Shown here piece after piece: positions 16,370 through 25,068 of a DNA stretch of 64,000 nucleotides (the stretch's first letter is position 1; each line of letters opens with the position of its first letter). The stretch covers positions 3,063 to 67,062 of the forward strand of contig JAFZQI010000021.1 of assembly GCA_017620475.1 (NCBI GenBank). Reading direction: 5' to 3'. The notes below the pieces were generated by a model, which had not been told where the DNA came from, ran no database searches, and saw only the letters and a program-made list of their open reading frames with translations. The stretch is from Clostridiales bacterium (lineage in GTDB: Bacteria; Bacillota; Clostridia; Saccharofermentanales; Saccharofermentanaceae). The position numbers and the translations under genes were made by a program.

Positions 16370-18988
16370 ATGGACTTTCGCCCAGCCCAGTATATTCATG
16401 AACAGCCTTTCTATCACCGGACGCTGTATGCGGTCACACTGGTTCTGCTGACGATCTGGCTGGCGATCATGCGTTATGCCGACAAGGATTATGAAAAACG
16501 GTACAGGACCCTATATGGTCTCAATGCGCTTTTGGCTGTGGCTATGTACATCTTCGTATTAGGACTTTGCTATATCAACCTGCACTTTAATTCATTCGTG
16601 GATACGACACTTTTTATGACAGTGGCGCTGCTGATACCGATGTGCCTTTATATCAACCCGATCGAATATGTGATTCTCGTTCTACTTTCCTATGCCGGCA
16701 TGATCCCCATGCTTTACCATGCCTATGCGGGATTGCATCTGATCCAGAGAAATGCATTCCTCAACTTCCTGATCTTCGCCGCCTTCCAGCTGTCCATGGG
16801 TGTACTCATGCTCTATACCAAATACTGTCTCTATAAAGAGATTGTTGTCGAGACGCGTCAACATCAGGAGATCGAGATGCTCAATAAAGCCCAGAACAGC
16901 TTCTTCTCGAATATGAGCCATGAGATCAGGACCCCGATCAATACGATCATCGGCCTCAATGAGATGATCCTTCGTGAAGATGTCAGTGAAGAGGTTATGG
17001 AAGATGCGGCCAACATCAAGTCGGCAGGTAAGATGCTATTGAACCTCATCAACGACATCCTCGATATGTCGAAGATCCAGTCGGGACGTATGCAGCTTCT
17101 GGAAAATCCGTATCAAACGGGGGAGATGCTTTCAGATCTCGTCGGTATGATGTGGATCCGTGCCAAAGAGAAGAAACTGGATTTCCACGTGGATGTTTCT
17201 CCGGATATTCCCAATGAACTCGTCGGAGATGAAGTGCGTATCAAGCAGATCCTGATCAATGTTCTCAATAATGCCATCAAGTACACAAAGGAAGGATCCG
17301 TGACGCTTTCGGTACAATGTGAAAACATCGATGACAATAAGTGCAACATGATCTATACCGTCATTGATACCGGTATCGGAATCAAGCCGGAAGATATCCC
17401 GTATCTGTTCTCGGCCTTTAAGCGCGTGGATGAAGACTCCAATAAGCATATCGAAGGCACCGGCTTAGGTCTTTCCATTGTAAAACAACTGGTCGATCTC
17501 ATGGGCGGTAAGGTGACGGTAAACAGCGTCTATACCAAGGGCTCGACATTCATCATCGAGATTCCGCAGACCGTGGAGACCCAGTCGAAAATGGGACAGT
17601 ACGACTTCGATAAGTCGAAGTCCGGAGCACAGAAGAAAGAATACGTTCCCCGATTTGAAGCGCCTACGGCCCGTGTACTGGTCGTCGATGACAATGAGGC
17701 GAATCTCATGGTTGTAAGTAAGCTTCTTCGTGAAACGAAGGTTCGGATCGATACGGCGATAAGCGGAGCCGAAGCCTTGAAGAAAACGCTGAACATCCAT
17801 TATGACGTGATCTTTATGGACCATCTTATGCCGGAAATGGACGGTATTGAGTGCAGACGGCGTATCGTGGATCAGACGGGCGGAAGATGCCGTGAGACGA
17901 GTATCGTGATCCTGACGGCGAACGCTGACGAAGAGAACCGGGCACTGTATGTCAAAGAAGGTTTTGACGGGTATCTGGTCAAGCCGGTAAGCGGTGAAGA
18001 ACTGGAGAATGAACTTTACCGGCTCCTCCCGAAGGAAATCGTACACATTACCGGTAACCGGAGTGAGATCGCTGAAGAGACGATCTCCTGGATGCATGGC
18101 GAGAAGAAGAGAAAGAGAGTCATCATCACGACGGAGAGCGTGGCCGATCTTCCGCCGGAGATCATTTCCAAGTACGGTATCGCGGTACTTCCCCATAAGG
18201 TTAAGACGGCCGAAGGCCTTTTTAAGGACGGCAAGGAGATCGATACTAAGGGCGTTCTCAAATATATGGAGGACCGGGAGCACAGTGTTTTGCCGATGGC
18301 GCCGAATGTAAAGGAGGTCGAAGAATTCTTCGCAAAGCAGTTATCCGTGGCGAATAATATTATCCACATCTCGATCTCCAGTAAAGTGGAGAACAGCGGA
18401 TATCATGTGGCAACAGAGGCGGCGAAGTCCTTCGATAGCGTATTCGTATTCGATTCCGGACACCTTTCAAGCGGACAGGGCATATTGGTGATCGAGGCCT
18501 GCCGTATGGCGGACGAAGGAAAGAGCCCGGAGGAGATCCTGGCGCGGATCGAGCGTTTAAAGAAGAAAGTCCATACCAGCTTTATCGTAGATAATCTGGA
18601 CTTCCTAGCCCGTTCGAAACAGGTCGGGAAACGCATCGCGAACCTGGTCAATTCCCTGATGGGAAGACCGGTGCTGGTCCTTCGCAAAGGAAAGATGGGA
18701 CTGGGCATGATCTATTTCGGATCGAGAAGAAGAGCATGGAAGAGCTATATCAACACATGCCTTGCCGGAGATAAGCCCATCGATACGCGAGTTCTTTTCG
18801 TAACGTATGTTGGTATCAATAAGAAGGAAATGGACTGGATCAGTGAGCAGATCAATAAGAAGATGACATTTGATGAGATCTATTTCAGGCAGGCATCACC
18901 GGCGATTGCGGTTAACTGCGGTCCGGGTACATTCGGACTTCTTCTGCGTGAGAGGGATAAGGAGGATAAGGACAATAAGGACAACTGA
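16370..18988 (+). CDS. Hybrid sensor histidine kinase fused to a C-terminal DegV-like domain (multi-TM, HisKA, HATPase, REC, DegV)
   Basis: H-box (SHEIRTPINTIIGL), HATPase (VIDTGIGI, GTGLGLSIV) and receiver (VLVVDDNE...VIFMDHLMPEMDG...VKP) motifs are present. The last ~280 aa resemble DegV/FakB (VIITTESVADLP..., ...ISISSKVENSGY..., ...AVNCGPGTFGLL). The N-terminus may really begin at 16233 in another frame (see findings). Confidence 0.85.
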   Translation: MDFRPAQYIHEQPFYHRTLYAVTLVLLTIWLAIMRYADKDYEKRYRTLYGLNALLAVAMYIFVLGLCYINLHFNSFVDTTLFMTVALLIPMCLYINPIEYVILVLLSYAGMIPMLYHAYAGLHLIQRNAFLNFLIFAAFQLSMGVLMLYTKYCLYKEIVVETRQHQEIEMLNKAQNSFFSNMSHEIRTPINTIIGLNEMILREDVSEEVMEDAANIKSAGKMLLNLINDILDMSKIQSGRMQLLENPYQTGEMLSDLVGMMWIRAKEKKLDFHVDVSPDIPNELVGDEVRIKQILINVLNNAIKYTKEGSVTLSVQCENIDDNKCNMIYTVIDTGIGIKPEDIPYLFSAFKRVDEDSNKHIEGTGLGLSIVKQLVDLMGGKVTVNSVYTKGSTFIIEIPQTVETQSKMGQYDFDKSKSGAQKKEYVPRFEAPTARVLVVDDNEANLMVVSKLLRETKVRIDTAISGAEALKKTLNIHYDVIFMDHLMPEMDGIECRRRIVDQTGGRCRETSIVILTANADEENRALYVKEGFDGYLVKPVSGEELENELYRLLPKEIVHITGNRSEIAEETISWMHGEKKRKRVIITTESVADLPPEIISKYGIAVLPHKVKTAEGLFKDGKEIDTKGVLKYMEDREHSVLPMAPNVKEVEEFFAKQLSVANNIIHISISSKVENSGYHVATEAAKSFDSVFVFDSGHLSSGQGILVIEACRMADEGKSPEEILARIERLKKKVHTSFIVDNLDFLARSKQVGKRIANLVNSLMGRPVLVLRKGKMGLGMIYFGSRRRAWKSYINTCLAGDKPIDTRVLFVTYVGINKKEMDWISEQINKKMTFDEIYFRQASPAIAVNCGPGTFGLLLRERDKEDKDNKDN

Positions 18989-18996
18989 GTCCTTCC

Positions 18997-19097
18997 TCCG
19001 AAAGATCCCCGAAGGTTATTCGAAGGATAGCCAAAAGATAATCGAAAGAGATCCGAAAGGTAGTCGAAAGACGGTCAAAAGAAAGCCGAAAGAAAGA
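18997..19097. repeat. Nine tandem degenerate 11-bp repeats (YCRAARGnnnn)
   Basis: CGAAAG/CGAAGG/CAAAAG cores start at 18999, 19010, 19021, 19032, 19043, 19054, 19065, 19076 and 19087, so the spacing is exactly 11 bp. The array lies between the kinase stop and the terminator. Confidence 0.9.
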
Positions 19098-19129
19098 GGG
19101 TTGCCGGTGAAAGCAACCCTCTTTTGTTG
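19095..19129. terminator. Bidirectional Rho-independent terminator between convergent genes
   Basis: AGAGGGTTGC (19095-19104) and GCAACCCTCT (19113-19122) form a 10-bp stem, followed by TTTTGTTG on the plus strand. The sequence after the stem is also T-rich on the minus strand. Confidence 0.8.
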
Positions 19130-19152
19130 TGATTTCTGTTTGATCGAAGCGA

Positions 19153-20238
19153 TCAGATAGGATTGGTGTCGAAAGACATCGGAGCGGAACGGCCCATGGT
19201 CTTCTCGAGATCCTGTACGTCATAAGCAGCATCCAGCGCGGTCTTCCAGGAGATGAAGCCTTCCTTGTAAAGACGGATAAGTTCATCGTTCAGAGTGTGC
19301 ATGCCAAGGCTTCTGCCGGACTGCATGGCACCCGGGATCATGTTGATCTTGTCTTCAAGGATGAGGTTCTTGATGGCGTTGGTGCCGACCATGATCTCAG
19401 TTGCCAGAATACGGCCTGTACCATCGGTGATCGGGAGGAGCTGCTGACAGATAACACCACGGATGTTTGTGCCGAACTGGGAACGGATGATCTCCTGCTT
19501 GTCTGCCGGAGAACCATCGATGATACGGTTGATGGTCTGAGCGGCACTGTGGGTATGCAGTGTGGAAAGAACGAGGTGACCGGTCTCAGCGGCGGTGATG
19601 GCAGCTGCGATCGTCTCGAAGTCACGCATCTCACCTACGAAGATGATATCCGGGTCTTCACGGAGTGAAGAGTGGAGAGCATTAGCGAAAGAGTCGGTAT
19701 CACGATGGAGCTCGCGCTGATGGATCATCGCGTGATCATGAGGATAGATGTACTCGATCGGGTCCTCGATCGTGATTACGTGCTTGGATTCATTCTTGTT
19801 GATGTAGTCAACGATGGCTGCCATGGTCGTCGTCTTACCGGAACCCGTAGGACCGGTTACGAGGATGATACCGTTCTTCGCGGTGGCCATGGTCTTAATG
19901 ACTTCCGGAAGTCCGAGATCTTCGAACTCAGGGATCTGAGCCATCAGGAGGCGGATGCTGCAGGCGAGGTTGTTACGCTGGTGATACACATTTGCTCTGA
20001 TTCGAACCTCATTGTCGATCATAAGACCGAGGTCAAGATCTTCACCGGCTTCTACGCGCTTGATTTCTTCATCAGACAGGATCGTATAGATCATGGCCAG
20101 AGATTCCTCAGCGGTCGGACGGGCATCCAGAATGTGAAGTACACCGTACCTTCTTACAGCAAGATTCGTACCAACGGTAATATGGACATCAGAACAATCT
20201 TGTTCAATAGCATAATCCATTAATTGCTCAAAAGTCAT
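19153..20238 (-). CDS. pilT: Type IV pilus retraction ATPase PilT
   Basis: The 361-aa product has Walker A (GPTGSGKTT) and a PilT-family pattern throughout (DVHI..G......R..G, TLHT.SA..T..RI). A GGAGGTG RBS is present. Confidence 0.9.
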   Translation of the reverse strand: MTFEQLMDYAIEQDCSDVHITVGTNLAVRRYGVLHILDARPTAEESLAMIYTILSDEEIKRVEAGEDLDLGLMIDNEVRIRANVYHQRNNLACSIRLLMAQIPEFEDLGLPEVIKTMATAKNGIILVTGPTGSGKTTTMAAIVDYINKNESKHVITIEDPIEYIYPHDHAMIHQRELHRDTDSFANALHSSLREDPDIIFVGEMRDFETIAAAITAAETGHLVLSTLHTHSAAQTINRIIDGSPADKQEIIRSQFGTNIRGVICQQLLPITDGTGRILATEIMVGTNAIKNLILEDKINMIPGAMQSGRSLGMHTLNDELIRLYKEGFISWKTALDAAYDVQDLEKTMGRSAPMSFDTNPI

Positions 20239-20531
20239 AACAACACCTCCAAAAAAGTTATGTCATAATTATACACGAAAACAATAATCTTTGACATAAA
20301 TATGTACATAACTTTCGCATGAATTTCACATTTTTTCGATAGTTGGTAAATCAAATAGAATGATTCGGTAAAATAATATATACAAACGGAAGGGAAAATA
20401 CGCATAAGGAGATGTGGTAGTTAACGCTTTTGAGCACCGGTAAAATGTGATAATCTTTTTATATAGATGACCAAGCCTCATGCGGACGAAGCGGGTTTCA
20501 CTCGTCCGATAGAAAATGGAGGGAATGTGCG

Positions 20532-21809
20532 ATGCAGGAGATCAAGTGCCCCAAATGCGGTGAAGTTTTTCAGGTGGATGAGTCCGGTTATGCGGCCATA
20601 GTCAAACAGGTCCGGGATAGTGAATTCAAAAAAGAAGTCCAGGCGCATGAACACCAGCTTCTCCTAGACAAAGAGAATGCCGTGAAACTGGCAGTTACAG
20701 AGGCTCAGGCGGACAAAGATAAGCTGATTGCGGAGCTCAAGCAGAAACTGGCCCTTGCCGAGTCGGATAAGAAAGCCGCACTTCAGGAAGCCGAAGTCAA
20801 GAAGCAGCAGGAACTCTCGCAGAAAGATTCCAGGATCCAGGAACTGAAGTCGCAGATCGAACTGGATAAGAGCCAGGCGAAGTCTGCGCTTACGGAGGCA
20901 ACGGCCAAGCAGGAAACCGAGATCGCGAAACTGAAAAATGAGCTGGAACTGGAGAAGAACCAGCACAAGCTGGAGACCAAGACGATGCAGCAGGCTCATG
21001 ACGCCGAGCTGAAGCAGAAGGATGAGGCAATCAGCTACTATAAGGATCTCAAATCGAAAATGTCCACGAAGATGGTAGGGGAGACATTGGAGCAGCATTG
21101 CGAGATCGAGTTCAACCGCCTTCGTGCCACAGCATTCCGGCTGGCCTATTTTGAGAAGGACAATAATGCAAAGAGCGGAAGTAAGGGCGACTATATCTAC
21201 CGCGACTATGCCGAAGACGGGACCGAGTTCATCTCCATCATGTTCGAAATGAAAAATGAGATGGATACGACGGCGACCAAGCACAAAAACAGGGATTTCT
21301 TCAAGGAACTGGATAAAGACAGGAAAGAAAAGGGATGCGAGTACGCGGTCCTGGTTTCGCTCCTTGAATCGGACAACGAGCTCTATAACGACGGTATCGT
21401 GGATGTATCCCACGAGTATGAGAAGATGTACGTGATCCGTCCGCAGTTCTTCATTCCGCTTATCACGATCCTTAGGAATGCGGCGCAAAATTCGGTTGCG
21501 TATAAGAGAGAACTTGCACTGGTGCGCAATCAGAATATCGATATCACGAATTTCGAGAATGCCATGGATGACTTTAAGGACAAGTTCAGCAACAATATGC
21601 GTCTGGCCAGCGAACAGTTCCAGAAAGCCATCGATGATATCGATAAGAGTATTGCGAATCTGCAGAAAACGAAAGACGATCTTCTGGCTTCCGGCAGAAA
21701 TATGAGACTCGCAAATGATAAACTTCAGGATCTCTCAATCAAGAAACTGACGAAGAACAATCCCACCATGAAGGCAAAGTTTGACGAATTAAAGGAGAAG
21801 GATACCTAA
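20532..21809 (+). CDS. DUF2130-like protein (zinc ribbon, long coiled coil, C-terminal nuclease-like domain)
   Basis: The N-terminus carries [29 protein letters not shown], followed by about 150 aa rich in E, K and Q. The C-terminal globular part contains a D...EMK motif. Confidence 0.7.
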   Translation: MQEIKCPKCGEVFQVDESGYAAIVKQVRDSEFKKEVQAHEHQLLLDKENAVKLAVTEAQADKDKLIAELKQKLALAESDKKAALQEAEVKKQQELSQKDSRIQELKSQIELDKSQAKSALTEATAKQETEIAKLKNELELEKNQHKLETKTMQQAHDAELKQKDEAISYYKDLKSKMSTKMVGETLEQHCEIEFNRLRATAFRLAYFEKDNNAKSGSKGDYIYRDYAEDGTEFISIMFEMKNEMDTTATKHKNRDFFKELDKDRKEKGCEYAVLVSLLESDNELYNDGIVDVSHEYEKMYVIRPQFFIPLITILRNAAQNSVAYKRELALVRNQNIDITNFENAMDDFKDKFSNNMRLASEQFQKAIDDIDKSIANLQKTKDDLLASGRNMRLANDKLQDLSIKKLTKNNPTMKAKFDELKEKDT

Positions 21810-21847
21810 GACTTAGAAATCCTTAATGGGCGGCAACCAGCCGGGTG

Positions 21848-23125
21848 TCAGACGATCTGAAGAAGATAGAATTTGAGATAGTCGGTCTCGGGAATGGCCA
21901 TGGCGACAGGGTGATCCGGGGCCGCTCTTCTTTCTTCAATCAGGCGAAGCGTCACTCCGGCATCTGCGGCCGCTTCCAGAAGCATCTTGCGGAAAAGTTC
22001 ATTGGGCATAAAGTGAGAACATGAACAGGTGGCCAGATATCCTCCGCGAGGAAGCATCTTCATGGCACGGTAGTTGATCTCCTTATAGCCGCGCTTGGCA
22101 TTCTCCGTGGTCTTCCGGCTTTTGGTAAAGGCCGGCGGATCCAAAATGATGAAGTTATAGTCCGCATGTTCTTTCTCAAGCTTCGGAAGCAGTTCGAATA
22201 CATCCGCGCAGATAAAGTCCATCCGGTCGGAAAGTCCGTTGATCCGGGCATTCTCAGAAGCGGTATCCACGGCGAACTGAGATACATCTACTGCGGTAAC
22301 ATGAGATGCGCCGCCTCGAGCGGCATTCATGGCAAAAGACCCGGTGTGGGTGAAACAGTCAAGAACTTTCATCCCTTTGGCAAGTTTACTGACTGCAAGG
22401 CGGTTATACTTCTGATCAAGGAAGAAGCCCGTCTTCTGTCCGTTTTCCACATCTACGGTATAGCGGATGCCGTTTTCGCAGATCCCGACGCGGGGAGAGG
22501 GAAAAGCTCCGTCAAGAGAACCGGGAAGATAATCCCCTTTATACCAGCCTTTGACCAGCGGAAGTCCTTCCTTTTCACGAAGAACCGCTTCATTGCGTTC
22601 GAAGATCCCGCGTATGGAGACCCCGTCTTTCCGAAGCTCATCTACCAGTGCGCGATAGATCATATCTTTTACCTGTTCTGTGCCATAGGATAGAACTTCC
22701 GTGGAAAGGATGTCTTCGTACCGGTCAACGGTAAGCCCCGGGATACCGTCGGCTTCACCGAAGATCAGGCGGCAGCAGGAATAATCTTCCTGCATGACAG
22801 TCCTTCGCATATCCAGTGCGTACTTCACGCGCCGCTGCCAGAACGTCTCGCCGAAAGTTTCGTTGGCGTTATCGGAAAGAATGCGGATACGGATCTTACT
22901 GTTTTTGCTTAAGAATCCGGTGCCGAGATAGCGTTCTTTGGAAGAGAGTACATCGACAAGCGCACCATTGGCTACGGGGTCCTCTTCAGGAAAGAGCCCG
23001 TCTTTGATGGTGTTTTCGCCAAATTTGGTGATCTCGGTGTCATAGACCCAGGGATGACCGCGCTTGACGGCGGCTTCCGCCTTGGGGGTGACGACTGCCA
23101 CAGGAAAACTTCTCTGCTGCTTCAT
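21848..23125 (-). CDS. Class I SAM-dependent rRNA methyltransferase (RlmI-like, with PUA-like N-terminus)
   Basis: The real start, MKQQRSF at 23125, forms an ATGA overlap with the nadE stop. Motifs seen include RGHPWVY, VLDCFTHTGSFA and IILDPPAF. Confidence 0.8.
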   Translation of the reverse strand: MKQQRSFPVAVVTPKAEAAVKRGHPWVYDTEITKFGENTIKDGLFPEEDPVANGALVDVLSSKERYLGTGFLSKNSKIRIRILSDNANETFGETFWQRRVKYALDMRRTVMQEDYSCCRLIFGEADGIPGLTVDRYEDILSTEVLSYGTEQVKDMIYRALVDELRKDGVSIRGIFERNEAVLREKEGLPLVKGWYKGDYLPGSLDGAFPSPRVGICENGIRYTVDVENGQKTGFFLDQKYNRLAVSKLAKGMKVLDCFTHTGSFAMNAARGGASHVTAVDVSQFAVDTASENARINGLSDRMDFICADVFELLPKLEKEHADYNFIILDPPAFTKSRKTTENAKRGYKEINYRAMKMLPRGGYLATCSCSHFMPNELFRKMLLEAAADAGVTLRLIEERRAAPDHPVAMAIPETDYLKFYLLQIV

Positions 23126-25068
23126 GAGGTATGCGCTTCTCCTATTCCAGCACGGTCTTTCAGTTCGTCCAGAAAGACAGTGGATGCCGCATCGGAAGGC
23201 ATCTTTAGTTCGCCTCTCGGGGACAGGTCCACAGAACCTACCTTCGGGCCGTCCGGAAGACAGGAACGCTTGAACTGCTGGCTGATGAAACGGCGGAGGA
23301 ATTTCTCCTCCCACTGATATATCGTCGTGTCGTCATATTCGCCGGCAAAGGCGATCTTGGCAAGACGATAGATCTTCGAAGGCGCAAAGCCCAGACGAAC
23401 GAAGTAGTAAAGGAAGAAGTCGTGGAGCTCGTAAGGACCGACAAGATCTTCCGTCTTCTGGGAGATGGTGCCGTTTTCCGTAGGCGGTAGAAGCTCCGGA
23501 GATACCGGGGTGGCCAGGATATCACGAAGAACCGATGCCAGCTGGGGCTGACTTTCGTTCACACGGTCGGCCTCGTAAGCTACGATGTGACGGATCAGCG
23601 TCTTCGGAACAGAACCGTTGACGGCATACATGGACATATGGTCGCCGTTATAAGTCGCCCAGCCGAGTGCCAGCTCGCTGAGGTCTCCCGTTCCGACAAC
23701 AAAACCGCCTTCATCGTTACCGAGATCCATGAGAAGCTGTGTACGTTCTCTGGCCTGGGCATTCTCATATGCTACGTTGTGATCGTCCGGATCGTGGCCG
23801 ATATCTTTAAAGTGCTGCAGCACACTGTCCTTGATGGAAATCTCATCGATGGTTGCGCCATATGCCTTGGCCAGCTCAATGGAGTTGTTCTTCGTTCTGT
23901 CCGTGGTTCCGAAGCACGGCATCGTCACGGCGTGGATATTCGTTTTTGGCAGCCCCATGATATCAAAAGCACGCGCGCAAACGAGGAAAGCCAGCGTCGA
24001 ATCCAGACCGCCGGAAAGACCGAGAATGACCTTTTCGGAGTGAATATGTGTCAACCGGGTCACAAGGCCCATCGCCTGGATGGTCAGGATCTGCTCGCAG
24101 CGGCGGGCGATCTCTTGCGGATCTTCAGGTGCGAAAGGATTCTTCGGGACTTTCCTGATCAAATCGAGTTCGCTGTTAAGTTCCATCGGGAAGGTAACGA
24201 ATTCAAGATCCTCGTCTGCCGTACTGTTGGCAAAATCAGATCTCCAGGCATCATCGCGAGTACGCTCGCTGTGGAGGAGCTTAAGGTCGATGTCGTTATA
24301 GATCACTCCCGTGGCAAAAGCACTGCTTCGGGCCAGTTCACGGCCGTTTTCGAAAATGAAATCGGTGCCGGCAAAAACCAGATCGGTGGTCGATTCACCG
24401 ATACCGGCGTTGGCGTAGATATATGCGGCGTGAAGCTTCCTGCTCTGTGCAGCGAGGAGCTGTGCCGTCTTTTCTTCGGATCCGACGATATACGGGCGGC
24501 TGGAAAGGGTTGCCAGGATATGGCATCCGGCCAAAGCGGCGTCCACATCATCGGAAATCGGAGCACGAAGATCCTCGTCGAAAAGCACTGCGAAGGAGAA
24601 CAGATCGTGTTCGCAGAAGTAGAGCGGCTGTCCGAAGGAAATCTCATCGTCGAAGTGTTCATCGTAGAAGGATCCATCCACTTCGTAAGGGGAGAAGTAA
24701 CGGGACTGTTCTTCGCTTAGTGTGAGCTTGACATTACAGCCGAGGACCATGCCCTCGTGAAGTACGACTGCCAGATTCAGAAGCTTGCCCTCGATATACG
24801 CGGGAAGACCGATGATAAAGACCGAAGGTGCATCTTTGGTTTCATCAGCAATACGGTAGAGCGCCTGCCAGGCTTTCTCGATGAAGGATTCCTGTCGGAA
24901 AAGATCTCCGCAGGTGCATCCGGTAACACATAATTCCGGGAAGACCAGAAGGGCACAATCCTTATCCGCTTCCTTTACCGTAGAGATGATCGCATCTGCA
25001 TTAAAGTCGATATCCGCTACGCGGATCTTCGGTGTGGCTGCTGCTACTCGTAAAAAACCGTCTTTCAT
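23122..25068 (-). CDS. nadE: Glutamine-dependent NAD+ synthetase
   Basis: This 648-aa protein has an N-terminal CN-hydrolase-like domain and a C-terminal NAD synthetase domain with the SGGLDS PP-loop. Confidence 0.9.
   Translation of the reverse strand: MKDGFLRVAAATPKIRVADIDFNADAIISTVKEADKDCALLVFPELCVTGCTCGDLFRQESFIEKAWQALYRIADETKDAPSVFIIGLPAYIEGKLLNLAVVLHEGMVLGCNVKLTLSEEQSRYFSPYEVDGSFYDEHFDDEISFGQPLYFCEHDLFSFAVLFDEDLRAPISDDVDAALAGCHILATLSSRPYIVGSEEKTAQLLAAQSRKLHAAYIYANAGIGESTTDLVFAGTDFIFENGRELARSSAFATGVIYNDIDLKLLHSERTRDDAWRSDFANSTADEDLEFVTFPMELNSELDLIRKVPKNPFAPEDPQEIARRCEQILTIQAMGLVTRLTHIHSEKVILGLSGGLDSTLAFLVCARAFDIMGLPKTNIHAVTMPCFGTTDRTKNNSIELAKAYGATIDEISIKDSVLQHFKDIGHDPDDHNVAYENAQARERTQLLMDLGNDEGGFVVGTGDLSELALGWATYNGDHMSMYAVNGSVPKTLIRHIVAYEADRVNESQPQLASVLRDILATPVSPELLPPTENGTISQKTEDLVGPYELHDFFLYYFVRLGFAPSKIYRLAKIAFAGEYDDTTIYQWEEKFLRRFISQQFKRSCLPDGPKVGSVDLSPRGELKMPSDAASTVFLDELKDRAGIGEAHTS

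Noticed and set aside
16233-16451. The 72-codon ORF as an independent small gene.
   Set aside because: Its first ~50 residues read like the first TM segment of the downstream kinase, and its tail after the overlap is poor-quality sequence. It is better explained as the frameshifted 5' end of the kinase gene (reported as a finding).
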